A DNA stretch of 64,000 bases, taken from Eremomyces bilateralis CBS 781.70 (Eukaryota). Below, piece after piece: positions 23,970 to 37,481 of the stretch. A program made the translations under genes and the position numbers. The stretch's first letter is position 1. The number at the start of each line of letters is the position of its first letter. The notes beneath the pieces were generated by a model, which was not told the DNA's origin, did no database searches, and was given only the letters and a program-made list of their open reading frames with translations. Location of the stretch: NCBI GenBank assembly GCA_010015585.1, contig ML975152.1; one strand, written 5' to 3'.

Positions 23970-24430
23970 ACTTATCAACCCTTACGCAGGCCAATCAGAT
24001 ACCAACCGCGGAAACGTCGATCTAGAGGTGGATACGTGGGCGTGGTCGTCGGCTTGCTCATCGCCTGCAAGATAAGGAATGCTTGGCAAATCTCATATCA
24101 ACGTCGCCCGTTTAGGCTTAGCGTCGATCTCACTACTATCAGTCCAACCTTAACACCCAACGAGAAATCGGGAATCAATGGTCTCCGCGGTTCTAACGAT
24201 TGCATCCCTCCGACCCGCGATAATCTCACTCCCATGCAGATCATCTTCAACCCCACGACTCTTTCCGGACCCGTTGGGCATTTTGGCAAGGCTCAAGTAT
24301 GGCTAACGCACGGGTGATTGGTCGAGCAGATCGCGACCAGGGGACATATCTGATAGGGCGATGCGAGCACCCGCATGGCGTATTTGGACATCTCCTTGGG
24401 ATTAGACCCATGGATCGGTATATAGCTCCA
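23970..24430 (+). promoter_or_regulatory. Nitrate-responsive promoter: NirA/NIT4-type site plus several AreA/NIT2 GATA sites
   Basis: CTCCGCGG at 24183-24190 matches CTCCGHGG. A near-match CCGCGGAA lies at 24006. HGATAR sites at 23972 (reverse), 24070, 24218 and 24351. CCAAT at 23991 and TATATA at about 24419. Confidence 0.65.
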
Positions 24431-24545
24431 GAGGTTTTCGTTCAGATGAGCACGATATTCGACACAAGACAATCATCGCAAAGCCAGCCACGTCCTTACC
24501 TATTCTTGAGCCCGTCTTTGTAACTATAGGAGAAAGATCCGGTTC

Positions 24546-26194
24546 ATGATGTTCGACATTACCGTCCTGTGGAAGGCCCCCCGGGTCAACCCTTTCAACA
24601 AGAAGGCTCGATCAATACCAGTATTGAACCCCCTTAACCAGTATGGCAGAGTGTTCACATTCTCATGGGTCAGTCATTCTACAACGTGCAGCGACGATGA
24701 TCCTAACAATCCAATAGCTGGGTTTCATGATCGCCTTCTGGTCATGGTACGCCTTCTCGCCGCTTCTGACCAAGACCATCAAGAAGGACCTCAATCTCTC
24801 CCAGGCTGAGATTGCCAACTCCAACATCTTGGCGCTCACGGCCACTCTCGTCGTTCGGTTTCTGTCCGGTCCCCTCTGCGACCGTTTCGGACCCCGGAAG
24901 GTCTTCGCCGGTCTGCTGCTTACCGGTGCGATTCCTACCGCTTTGGCCGGCACGGTGAAGAACGCCACGGGCCTTACCATCATCCGATTCTTCGTGGGCA
25001 TTCTCGGCGGGACGTTCGTCCCATGCCAGGTCTGGTCCACTGGCTTCTTTGACAAGAATGTTGTGGGCACCGCTAACGCCCTCATTGGCGGCTGGGGCAA
25101 TGCTGGTGGTGGCATCACATATTTCGTTATGCCTGCCATCTTCGATAGCCTTGTCGAGCACTTCGACCTAACCCCTCACGTTGCGTGGCGAGTCTCGTTC
25201 ATCGTCCCTTTTATCCTCATCACCGCTACCGCGCTGGGTATGCTCTTCTTCTGCGACGACTGCCCGACTGGGAAGTGGGAAGAGCGTTTCGAGAAGCTCA
25301 GTGAATGTATCTCCGAGTCCCACAATGCTGGCGTGATCGTATACAACGACGGCGGCCATTTGGACAAGGGCCCGGCAACTCGCAGTGACAGCCCCCCGGA
25401 GAAAGACGTAAAAGATAAGAATTCGGGCTTCAACTCCGACTCAGAGGCCGAAGCGCAAACTGGCGAAGCCATTGTCGTCGACCAGTATCAACACGAGGCC
25501 ATCGTCAATCCTTCGCTCAAAGAGTTCGGGCAGGTTCTCATCAGCCCCCAGTCCATTACTCTCATCTGCCTCTACTTCAACTCCTTTGGTGGTGAACTGG
25601 CGATCAACGCAATTCTCGGCGCCTACTACCTTCAGAACTTCCCGTCCCTTGGCCAGACGTCCTCCGGTCAGTGGGCCGCCATGTTCGGTTTAGTCAACGT
25701 TGTTTTCAGGCCGGCCGGCGGCGTCGTGTCTGATCTCGTCTACAAGTGGACCGACGGTAATCTGTGGGCGAAGAAACTCTGGATCCACTTCGTCTGTATC
25801 ATGGCCGGTACCTTTTGCCTGATCTTAGGACTTGTGGATCCTCATCATCTTCCAACAATGGTCGGATTGATCGTCGGCCTGGCCTTCTTCATGGATGCTG
25901 GGAACGGTGCCAACTTCGGTCTAGTTCCGCATGTCCATCCTCATGCAAACGGTAAGTAAAGCATCGGAAGTAAACTCCCAACCCGAATCCCAAGCTAATC
26001 AATACATAGGCATCTTGTCTGGCGCTGTCGGTGCAGCTGGAAACTTGGGCGGCATTGTATTTGCCATCATCTTCCGCTATACCAACATGAATTACCATAA
26101 AGGCATCTGGATCATTGGCGTCTTCTATATTTCCATGAGCCTGATGACGATCTGGATCCCTCCGATCCCCAAGGGACAGATCGGCGGTCGCTGA
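24546..26194 (+). CDS. High-affinity nitrate transporter (NRT2/NNP family; CrnA/NrtA-like), 3 exons
   Basis: [37 protein letters not shown], nitrate signatures GGWGNAGGG and GAAGNLGG, and [12 protein letters not shown]. Confidence 0.93.
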
Positions 26195-26772
26195 CTGTCA
26201 CGATCTTGTCATATTTTCGGTTCGAATCGGTGTTTGGGGTTTTTGAGAAATAGGTCGCTCTTGGAGAGCTGGTGCTTGGAATGTCAAGTTTCTGAAGGGC
26301 TCAGGCTTGAGGGTACATGAATAGATGACGATGGATCTCGTCGGCGTTTTGGAGGTGTTTCATTGCCTGAAAATCGAAACATTTAGGAAAAGTTCTTTCC
26401 GTTCACCATCTATAGTCAACTGATAGAGGCCATTGTCCGTAAATGTTAGATGTCAATTGTCTTTCGTCCGCCAAGGTGCAACGTGTTTTGTGATAGACGA
26501 TAGGAATCGCAATTCACATCGCTTTCAAGTTTCAACCGTCCAGTGTTATCAAAAGTGCCACGCACGTGACCTATATCGGCATCTGACCCGCCGGCAAGTT
26601 CGGTATTGGGCGAGTCGCAGCCAGAACTCCAGCTTCGGAAAATCATACGTGGACATTTAACAAGTGGCGACTCCCCACACGTCCACAACTGGCAAATACG
26701 AGTTCACCGCTCACATACATCACATTCTAACGATACCGAGACAATAAGCCCCCATCAGCCGCGGCATCCATC

Positions 26773-27562
26773 ATGTCCGACGTCAATATCCCGCAGCTTG
26801 TTTTCCTCGCCGTGGTCGGCTTCCTCGTCGTCCGATGGTACCTCAAACCGGGATCTCTCGCCGACCCTTCCAGCTCGTCATCTTCCGGCTCGCGGACAGC
26901 CAGCTCACGGACGGGGCTTCGGGGTGAGGTGCCACCGCAGACGATGGTGCGGGTCGAGCGGGTAGCGCAGATGTTCCCGCAGTTGGAGCGGCGGGATATC
27001 TTGTGGGATTTGCAACGCCATGGAGGGGATGTGCAGGGGACGATTGAGCGGGTGTTGAGTTTGGGGAGGTTGGGGACGGTAAGTGGTTCAGTCATCTCCT
27101 GTTTCAAAAGCATATGTCCGAAGACTTCGAGATCATCCCAGTAGCTTCGTACGCCCTTAGATAGATCTTGAGGTAGCAGTGTTGGGAAGCTGAACTGTAT
27201 CACTGACAATATGCGTACTATAGCCACCTCAATCATTCCAACCAATCTTCCCTACCCCGGCGAACGCTTCTCCGGCCGCCCGACCGAATGCCTCACAACC
27301 TTCAAAATCCGCCCATCCAGACCTCATTACCCGATACAACCTCTCTTCCAAGTTATCCGCATCATCACCTAGCAGTGGCGCAGACTCACCTGCCATTGCG
27401 GCTACTAGCGAACGGCCCTTGTCAGAAATACCGACAAGCAGTGCGGCGAAGGAGGGGTGGTCCTCGAATAAGGTAGAGCGGGCACAGCTGTTGCAACGGA
27501 GAAGAGAGGAGATGATATTGGCGGCGAGGAGAAAGATGGAAGAGGAGGGGAAAGGGGCTTAA
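26773..27562 (+). CDS. CUE-domain ERAD protein (Cue1/Cue4-like)
   Basis: N-terminal TM helix, CUE motif VAQMFPQLERRDILWDLQR, and C-terminal LLQRRREEMILAARRKM. Intron at about 27079-27223. Confidence 0.85.
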
Positions 27563-28003
27563 GCAAGTGAGTTCGCGGATTTTCCAATTAGTTCTGGGAC
27601 GACGCTGGATTCTAATGGTGCCCTCAGAGCATATATGGGATGCCTCTATTGGCGGCGCATTTTGTTTATTCTGGTCATATACCTGCGGATGCATTGGCGT
27701 GGCGTTTACGAAGCGTTGGAGCTTCTTGAATGGCGTCATATAAATCAAGACTCGGACTGTTGGCTTAAATCCTTTCGTACTGAGGAATAATATTGATTGG
27801 AATGATCCATCTCCAACACTATTTTGGAATCACGTCTCGGTATCTATTCCATTCGTGATTATCCCATTAAGCGGCCACAGGGGCGCTGTTATCCATATCT
27901 GTTCATGTCCTTGAACAACGCCTGAAGTGGTATCGATCTGGCCCAATTTCCCAACGCTCGCAAATATAACGTCGAAGACAAAGCAGTTGTTCTTTCCCCC
28001 TCA

Positions 28004-28666
28004 TTATCTTCTTCGCTCCGCCAACTGCGCTCTCAACATCTGGTTCTCCTCCTGCAACCCCTTGATCTGACCCTCGACCTCCTGCAGGTAGTCGACCGCC
28101 GATGCCAGCACTACCAGCTTGCTGACCTTGGCCGCATCGAACGAAAACCGATCGTTCGACTGCGGGAGGTTGGGAAGCACGCGACGTAACCGCTCCATGC
28201 CTTGGTTCAAGCCTTCCCGATACTTGCGCTCCACTTCATTGTGGGGGATGCGTTCGCGGGGGGTGGGTTTGTTCGCCGGCTTGCTGGCGTTGCGAGGGGT
28301 TGGGGAGGCGGTTTTTCTTCGCTTCGGCGTTGGCGATTGAACTGGCGGGTACGCCTCGGGCAGCACTGGAGACTCTGCCTTAAGGATTGGACTTTGAAAT
28401 GGGCTCGCTGTTGATTGTGATAATGGCGGAGAGAGTGGAGAGCCGTATGTGTTTAGGAAAGTGGTGTCGGCAGGTGGGTTGACTGATGCATCCCATGACT
28501 GCTTGGATGGCTCGTCTGAGAGGGAGTAGGGATCGAGCCAGGTGTCTATGGGATTGACACTGTCGAAGTTTATGTAATCCCATGAGTCGACGGGGTATTG
28601 TTTGGCCATGTCCCACTTCGGGTCATCATATTGTGGGAAGGCATCAAATAACTGGTAGTCCGCCAT
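28004..28666 (-). CDS. bHLH(-ZIP) transcription factor of SREBP type, without TM segment
   Basis: RIPHNEVERKYREGLNQGMERLRRVLP...SKLVVLASAVDYL...LQEENQMLRAQL. Likely start ATG 28666 (MADYQLF). Confidence 0.85.
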   Translation of the reverse strand: MADYQLFDAFPQYDDPKWDMAKQYPVDSWDYINFDSVNPIDTWLDPYSLSDEPSKQSWDASVNPPADTTFLNTYGSPLSPPLSQSTASPFQSPILKAESPVLPEAYPPVQSPTPKRRKTASPTPRNASKPANKPTPRERIPHNEVERKYREGLNQGMERLRRVLPNLPQSNDRFSFDAAKVSKLVVLASAVDYLQEVEGQIKGLQEENQMLRAQLAERRR

Positions 28667-30360
28667 GAGGGTGGTCGGTTGGTATGATGATTCAAAGCCA
28701 AGTATATATCGGACCTCACCAAGCGTAACAGCAATGACTTGACGAGTGTAGACTGTAGAGTATATGGTTGGATAGAGACTTGGAGAGTTAAATAACGTCA
28801 CCTTTTGCGTTGACTAGGTATGCTTAAGTACAACTATTCACAAGGACACTCGCGCGTATGAAGCAGAGACTACAGAGCTTTCTTCGCCGAGCATGGGCAT
28901 CTCCGCACCGTCGGTGAACCTTGGCAATATGTGGCCTGGCGGATTTGGATGCCATGTTAAGGATGAGATTCGCACATTCAGACAAAAATTATGGAAAATA
29001 TGCAGGGTTGGCTGTTCATGGCATGCTAATCCTGAGCAACCGGATTCTCGGACGGATGAAGCGGAACTGTTGAAGCGCAAGAAATGTGTCGCCGTAGCGG
29101 TCTGGACCGCCTCGGGGGCTTGCCGAAGGGGACACCCGAATCTAATCCAATTGTCAGACCACGGTCTCCTGCTTGAGGCTGCTTCCATCCTGCTTCCATC
29201 CCTGGATTCACCCCCCATTCTAGACCTTAGCTGCGCCATCCACATTCCACGAACGGAGCCACGAGGGTGCAAGGGGTCAACCAGGGGGGTAGAGGCTCCA
29301 GGACACGCAAAGCGAAGGAAGAATCAGTCGACGATCCTCCAAAGAGACCAAGTCGCCGAGGAGCATCAGGAGAGTCTAGAACCATCTGTGTACATCTGCG
29401 ATCGATGCCTCCATGATACACTTACTCCCCGAGTCGCTCGGCGCATACCGGAGTCCGGAGAAAGGCCTTGTCTTCTCCCCGAACGTTTCGTCGCCTCCAT
29501 CAATCAGCACCCGCGATGGATAGCCGCGATGGATAGCCGATTCGCTTGATGTTCAGGTTCTTGCCTGTCACACGCGAAGAAATGGCCAGTTTTTTTCGAA
29601 TCTGCCAGGTTCGACTCGCTGATTCAGTATTACAAGCGGACTCACAGTTTCCAATTACTCTATCACAGAGAGCAGACTAGCACCACTCCCGTATCCGCGC
29701 CTGTATTCACGTGAAACACATACGCGGAACCACCCGCGGAGGTCGACGTCCGACAACTTCCCTCATTTCCAGCATGAAGAATAAAATTAATCCACTTACT
29801 TCTGATGACCTCTGAACGGTGAAGTCGCGCGAATTTTCGCTTCCCCAAGTTCCCTTTCAGTCTGTTCCACGAAAGCTGTGGTGGTGACTGTTGAGTCCGA
29901 TTCAGATACTTTGGTTCCTTGTTCGTTGTATTCGTGGAGCACAACAATCAAAGCATCCTCGAGGCAATCAATATAAGCATTCCGTCATCAGAGATTGTGT
30001 TCCCCAGTTGATCCTCCCTAAATGTGGTAAAGATGGTTCAAGGACATTCGATCGAGTTGCTCAGGTTGCCAACTGATCCTCCGCCGTCACGATTACCATG
30101 ATGGTGGTGTTTCCCCTCGCTCGCCCTCTAGGTTCGACTATAAGCAACTGTTCGAGGGCCGAGTATAGGTACTGTATTCTACGGTAAGACATCCAAGCAG
30201 ATCTTCATGGCCTCGAAATCCTATATTCACGGAATGTTCTGTTTTTAAAGTTTGGTTCTCCCATATCAACCCCTTCGCTTGTGTCTTCCAAGTTCCAGGT
30301 CAAATCGAAGCGCCCCATCGGCCCAGTCTCCTGCCTTAATATAGCCTTCTCGCGTCTGCA

Positions 30361-30923
30361 ATGGCATCCGATATCACGCTATATACCTACTTCCTATCCT
30401 CTTGCAGCAGCGGCGTTCCGGTCCTCGTCTTCTCGTCCGATTCCTCCGCGGGACCGTTCGCAATCGGCCAGTCCGTCGCCACCATGGAATATATAGTGGA
30501 AGCCTACTCGTCCATTCCGGCGCCGCTGCCGCCCCGAGGCGTTCTGCGATCTCGCGCTCTTGTCCGCCAGCTCGTTTGCATCGTTGCTAGAGATATGCAG
30601 CCAAATCGAATATGAGGGTGCTCCGCCGCGTGGAAGAGTTGCCAGGAGGGTCGGGAGGGTGAGCAGGACAATTCATGGCGATAGGATTAGAGGCTTACGA
30701 GGCGGTGATCACAAAGACGGCTGGATTGTATAGCGTAGGCGACGAGGTCACCATGGCGGATGTTCGCCTGGCCATGGCGATGTGGAATGCCGAAATATAC
30801 CATGTGGATTTGGAGCCAATGCCACGGTGAACAAGGCGTACGAATCTGAGTAAGTTGAACACGGTGACGATGGCATATTAGAAGGTCTAGCCAGATTGTC
30901 CGCCCGACCTCAAGGGTCAATGA
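30361..30923 (+). pseudogene. maiA: Maleylacetoacetate isomerase (GST-zeta) pseudogene
   Basis: Pieces TLYTYFLSSCS, VPVLV, IGQSVATMEY, RALVRQLVCIVARDMQP, YSVGDEVTMADV and PDCP follow MAAI order. Lesions: an internal deletion after SSCS, frameshifts near 30605 and 30820-30845, and stops at 30660, 30879 and 30888. Confidence 0.85.
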
Positions 30924-31076
30924 AGGGAGACTTCGTGGACCGGTTAATTATGTGCTATTAGATACACCCGATAGCACCAGATCCTCGCGCTAAAGTCCAT
31001 CAACATGGCTGGCTTTGTCCCAGGATATCAAAAAATTAGGGCTGGTACATAGTGCTCAAAAACGGAGGTGCCAGGC

Positions 31077-32419
<1,343 letters not shown>

Positions 32420-33400
32420 GATATTAGGAATAATAGGAATGTGTAGGATCAATAGGTTAAGAGGTATTCAAGGGAGAAGACCCGGTCGGACAAGGAAAGC
32501 AAGAAACGCTAATATAGGACAGATGCGAACAATCTGATTATTGAGAGACTCGAGAAGTCGTGAGGGGAAGAGAGTTTATATCAAGGAGATAAAAGGGACA
32601 TGTCTCAACAGGACTAGGAACCCAAGAATCCACGCTTCCGCAAATGCCGTTGGATTTTGATCAAACTTACATCGGCAATGCAACATTGCAGCTGATAGAA
32701 GGATCAATGTTACTACCTGAGTGGCAGCGATTGGATGCGACACCACTTGGAGGAGGCAGATAATCTTACCCCGGGATCGATGTGCGGTTATCACGAATCT
32801 CGGAGCGATGAAGTTTTGCAGCATTACGGCATCTGGGGTTGAATTGGGTCATAAGCCCGGATATCCTAGGAAACATCCGCATTGTCGGCATTGATACGTC
32901 AAGACATTCAAGGAGCTGAATGAAGGAGGTGAGTAAAATGGTGGGGCGGCGGTTGGTGCCTTTGGTGAGGTGGTGTCGCATTTGGTGGTAGATGACTCGT
33001 GGTGGTACAGTTTGGTATGCTTTGCCCGCTAATACGTATTCGGTTCCACTCGGCTTAATGCGGACTCTATTCACACCTCATCTTTTCTATGGTGGGATTC
33101 AGGTACTCTTCGACCTCCTCCCTCCAGATGCCTTCATACTGCACTTCTCCCTCCTCCCTCTACCCTAGTACCTATCCAAACTGCAGTCATTATATATATG
33201 TGTGTACTTTAACTTAGATGCTGCTTATTACTATTGGTGTAAGTTAGGTATTAAATTGTTCTTAATTCCTTGCAGCTTCTTATCAACGAGGTCCTATTCA
33301 TCGTCGTCATTGCTCGAGTATATCTTCTATCAATGAGGCACTATTCAAAGTCGTCCTACCATCTCTCAACCCTTTCGATTCATCTATCCAAAAAGTTGCA

Positions 33401-34135
33401 ATGACAAACCCACCGTCAAGTCTCTCCAAGAACGATGCCCGCGTCCTGAATGCATTGTTTGATGCCGAGTCGTCACTATCATCCGGTGTAGCCATCTCGA
33501 ATGAGTCCATCCCAGCCTTTGCGACCGATATTGAGATCAAGCAGCGCGAGTCTGCCGCCATAATACCTCTAAATTCGCCGCAACCCTCCAGACCAAGTGT
33601 CGAGAAGGCTATCGCAGAGTTAGACGGCATCATTAACGAGAGACCCCAATATGCATCCGCTTACGCGAATCGAGCGCAAGCGAATCGACTACTCCTTTCT
33701 GCGAAATCGGACGACCTCGCTGCCATGGATTTATTCTCGGCCAAGGGTGTCCAACTGTCACAGTCCATCCTCAAGGATCTGACCAGTGCGATCAACATGG
33801 CGACGCCGTCTCCCTCCGCGGCAGTACCTACGACCGATGCACGGTTGCTATCCGCAGCTCATACGCACCGGGGTTATTTGCTGCTGCAAGCGGCGAAATC
33901 AATCTCCACATCGTCTGCCGACAGCGCGTCGGTGAAGCTCCCGGAGTCGCTGAGGGGTCTGAGCTCGGATACCTTGGAGGAAATGGCCAGCATGGATTTC
34001 TTCTGGGGCGGACGATATGGAAACGAGGTTGCGAAGGTCTTGGCGGTGAAGACCAATCCGTACGCGAAAATGTGCGGGGCGATTGTCAAGGAGGCTCTAC
34101 AAGAAGAGATGAAGCAATACCAACCAACGCAATGA
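33401..34135 (+). CDS. hmgX: TPR protein of TTC36/HmgX type, divergent from hppD
   Basis: NDARVLNALFD, YASAYANRAQA and AVKTNPYAKMCGAIV resemble TTC36. Position matches the hppD-hmgX arrangement in Aspergillus. Confidence 0.75.
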   Translation: MTNPPSSLSKNDARVLNALFDAESSLSSGVAISNESIPAFATDIEIKQRESAAIIPLNSPQPSRPSVEKAIAELDGIINERPQYASAYANRAQANRLLLSAKSDDLAAMDLFSAKGVQLSQSILKDLTSAINMATPSPSAAVPTTDARLLSAAHTHRGYLLLQAAKSISTSSADSASVKLPESLRGLSSDTLEEMASMDFFWGGRYGNEVAKVLAVKTNPYAKMCGAIVKEALQEEMKQYQPTQ

Positions 34136-34224
34136 TGTATCGGACGGTGACAGACATTGCCACCAAGTCTATCGAATCGCATTCTACTCGTAGGGAGTTC
34201 GTTCGATACCACTAGGGCCCTATT

Positions 34225-37200
34225 TTACTCCGCGTTCTCCTCCATATCCTCATCACTATCCTTCCCAGAGTTGAAATCTTCCTCATCCTCCTCATCCTCC
34301 TCATCCTCATCATCCAAGTCGTCGCCTTTCAAGCCATAGTCATCTTCGAAGAATTTGAGCGGTTGAACCTCCGGAGCGAACCCCTCGGCTTCGAATCGGG
34401 TCTTGAGAGACTGCAATCACGGTTAGCGGACGGTCGGCGTCCCATCCGAAGTCATCGGAATTACCTCAGCATTGATGCTCGCACAAGTCACCACCAGATT
34501 CGCCGATTTCGGATTAAACAGCGGCGCCAACCACGCGCCCATAACCCGCTGCACATCCTCCTTCCCCACCGTTCTCACCTTCCCGAGCATTTTTTGGCTC
34601 CACTCCTTCCCAACCCCTCGAATGACCTCGTTCACAAATGCCAGCATCGCCGCCGATCCCATCGTCGGCTGCTCGTCCGCCATGCCGAGAACAATGGTGC
34701 TGACGCAGGCCTCCAAGGCATGCTGTTCCAGCGGCGTCTTCCCGGACACAAAGTCATCCACGACCTTCTTCCCCGCCGCGTACGCATTGAACGCATCCGG
34801 CGATCGGTAGATGCTGAATTCCATCAGGCCGTTCTCGACGGATCGGGAGAAATTGGCACCGTAGACGAGCCCCGTGCCGCGGAGGTTGGCCCAGATGGGT
34901 CCTTCTGTGGTGTCGAGGTACGCCATGGCCACCATGAGAGCGGGGAGGTCGGGGTGGGCATAGGAGTCGGGTCCGGGGCCAGTGAGCATAGCGAAGGAGG
35001 AATCGATCGGGGGCATGGGGACGATGAAGGCCTTGCCTCCAGGGGTCTTGCCAGCGTCGGAAAGCCGTTCTTGTTTCCGGTCGATGGCGTTCAGTGGCTT
35101 GCTGGTGTCGAGGCCAGCGGTCAATGTCTCCCAAGACGAGACGGGGCCCTTCAGCTTGTGGACATCTGCAATCACGGCAACTCTCATGTTGCAGAATTGC
35201 GTAATGGCTGAGTTGAATTGCTTCATGCGGCTCACCACGGCGTCGGGATCCGTATTCAACAGATGCTTGATCCGCTTGAGGTAGAGCCCTTTGGCAAGAG
35301 TGCTTCGTGCACGTGGAAGGGATTGGGCATTGAAATGGATCATAATGTCGGCATCCTTTAACATACCCCAGCCGCTTCGCTTTTCGTCCGGAATGTCGGC
35401 GAGAATCTTCGCGATGTTGGTTTTGAGGCGCTACATCTTGTCAGTGGGTTAGACTTCATAGCTTTCTCAGAACATACCTCAACATCTAGAATGGAATCAA
35501 ACAAAAGTGTCTTCAACCATTCGATGGCGACAACATATTTCTCCGGCTCGACCACTAGCTCAATCCTCAACATGTCACCATTCCCAAACCCGCTACCTGC
35601 ATGGTACGATGCCGTATCCTCTTCCAACATCGTGATGACTTGTTCAAACTCGACCCTCTTTCCATCTTTCATCACTGGCGTAGTGAAGAGATTCGCGAGG
35701 TACAATGACACCAGGGGCTTCAAATCCGCTGACAGGTCGGTGGTGCCCATTTGCACGACGATTTGCACGAAATTGCTAGGGATATGCTCGAAATGAATGA
35801 ACAGCGGGTTTTCCTTGTCGGCATCGATGGTCTTCTGGATCTCATTGTCCAGCGTCCCCAGCTTCTTGGCCAAACCCGACCTGGCCATCGTGGTGGGGAT
35901 GAATTTGATCGATTCCGTTCCTGGGATTTTGAAGTCATCCATGATCTCGTCGGGGATCTTTCGATCGTTTTCAGCTTTGGCTTCGTCGAGCTTTTTCGTG
36001 AGCTCCTTCAGTCCTTCCTCCCCAAGCCGCTGTTGCTGCTCCTCAACGCGAGCCTGCTCATCCTTCTTGAGTTTCTCGGAAAGTGTCGCCGAAGGGACGC
36101 CGAGAATTGAAACATGGTGCGCTTCGGCAAGATACTTGGTCAGGAAGTCTCTCCATTGTTGGTCGGACCACGAGTCCAGATCATCAAGGGTCTTCAGTGA
36201 ACTGAGTTGCAGCTTGAGGTATTCGCCTTGTCGATCCCCGAAGAGGTGATCGGAGATAACTGCGTCCGAAAATGCCGAAGGATTGGTCTCGCATTCTCGC
36301 TTGTCATGGCGCTTCAACCGTACCAAGCAATCCTTCATGTATTTCATATCAAATGGTTTCGCCGCCGTCTCTTTCAGAAGTTCGAAGAAGCGCTTCTCAA
36401 CATCGCCGAGTTTCTCCGTCTCGACGCTCGTCAGGGTGAACCAAACAACGCCTTTAGTCTGAACTTCGGATTCATAGTAAACCCCACTCGCCAATTGTTC
36501 TTTCTCCACAATGACATTCTCGAGCACCGTAGCCGGGGAACCCGCAATGTACAAGAGAAGGGCATTCATTGCAGTTAGATCGACATCGTCCAAGTAACCC
36601 GGCCCAAAGAACGCGATCACGATTTCGCCCATGCTCTCGTCCTCTTCGGGAAATTCGACCTTCACCACGGACGTTTGGCTGAGTGGCGGCGGCGCAGCTG
36701 ACTCAACCCAAGGTCGCTTGAACGGATCGCCCGGTTTTGGAACTTCGTCTACGACGCTATCCTCGAACTTCTCCAGGATGCCCAAGAGCTCGTCGTGGTT
36801 CACGTCGCCGACCAGGATGACCCGTAGGTTTTTCGGCTGATACATCTCCTTGTGAAAGTCTCGAATGCGTTGCGCAGTCAGGACTCGAAGCTGCTCCATC
36901 ATTCCGCCTGTCTCGTAGCGGAAGCCGTTTCCTTCCGGATACAGCAGGCGCTTGGCCTCGAGCGACATGAGGTTCGACTGTTTGTTCTGGACGTCTTGCA
37001 TCTCGCAGTAGACGACGCCGGCATCTTGGCCAGTGCCGTCAATATGGTGGACTTCGGTGTAGCACCCAGCGTCTGTTAACGTGGGTAGAAGCACATGCTC
37101 TAGGTAGACTGGGAGGATCAAGGCTGTGCCATCCCACCCCGCTGACTCAAGAGTATATACTGTCTGATCGGTGCCGGTCCACGCATTGGTCATGGAGTAC

Positions 37201-37481
37201 GCTCGGGTTGCGAGCTTATCTAGCAGACCTTTATACCTGTAGCTTTTTGAGCCCATGAAAATGAGATGTTCCAGCGTGTGGGGCGCGCCGGAATCATCGT
37301 GGATCTCGGTGGCTACTGCGAAGTATCCGTACACCTTTGGACCCTTCTGGTCCACCACGAACACTCGCATTCCCGTCCTTTCGGATTCATATTGAGTGAA
37401 CTTGACTGACACCGCATAATCGGATTTGAAGTCTTGGGTTTTCTTGAAGTGAGTCTTCCCTGGCCCGTTTGCTTGAGCCAT
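34225..37481 (-). CDS. M16 (insulinase-family) zinc metallopeptidase, presequence-protease-related cytosolic type, 3 exons
   Basis: Inverted zinc motif HTLEH (HxxEH), NAWTGTDQTVY, GVVYCEM and an acidic C-terminal tail. Introns at about 35478-35431 and 34467-34411. Confidence 0.9.

Noticed and set aside
27079..27223. Unusually long (about 145 nt) intron in the CUE gene as a snoRNA host
   Set aside because: No convincing box C/D or H/ACA arrangement.
28838..29549. 218-aa and 144-aa overlapping ORFs upstream of the bHLH gene
   Set aside because: No recognisable domain and non-protein-like composition. Likely promoter or UTR.
29608..29617. GGTTCGACTC B-box/T-loop-like motif
   Set aside because: No cloverleaf stems or A-box around it, so no tRNA was called.
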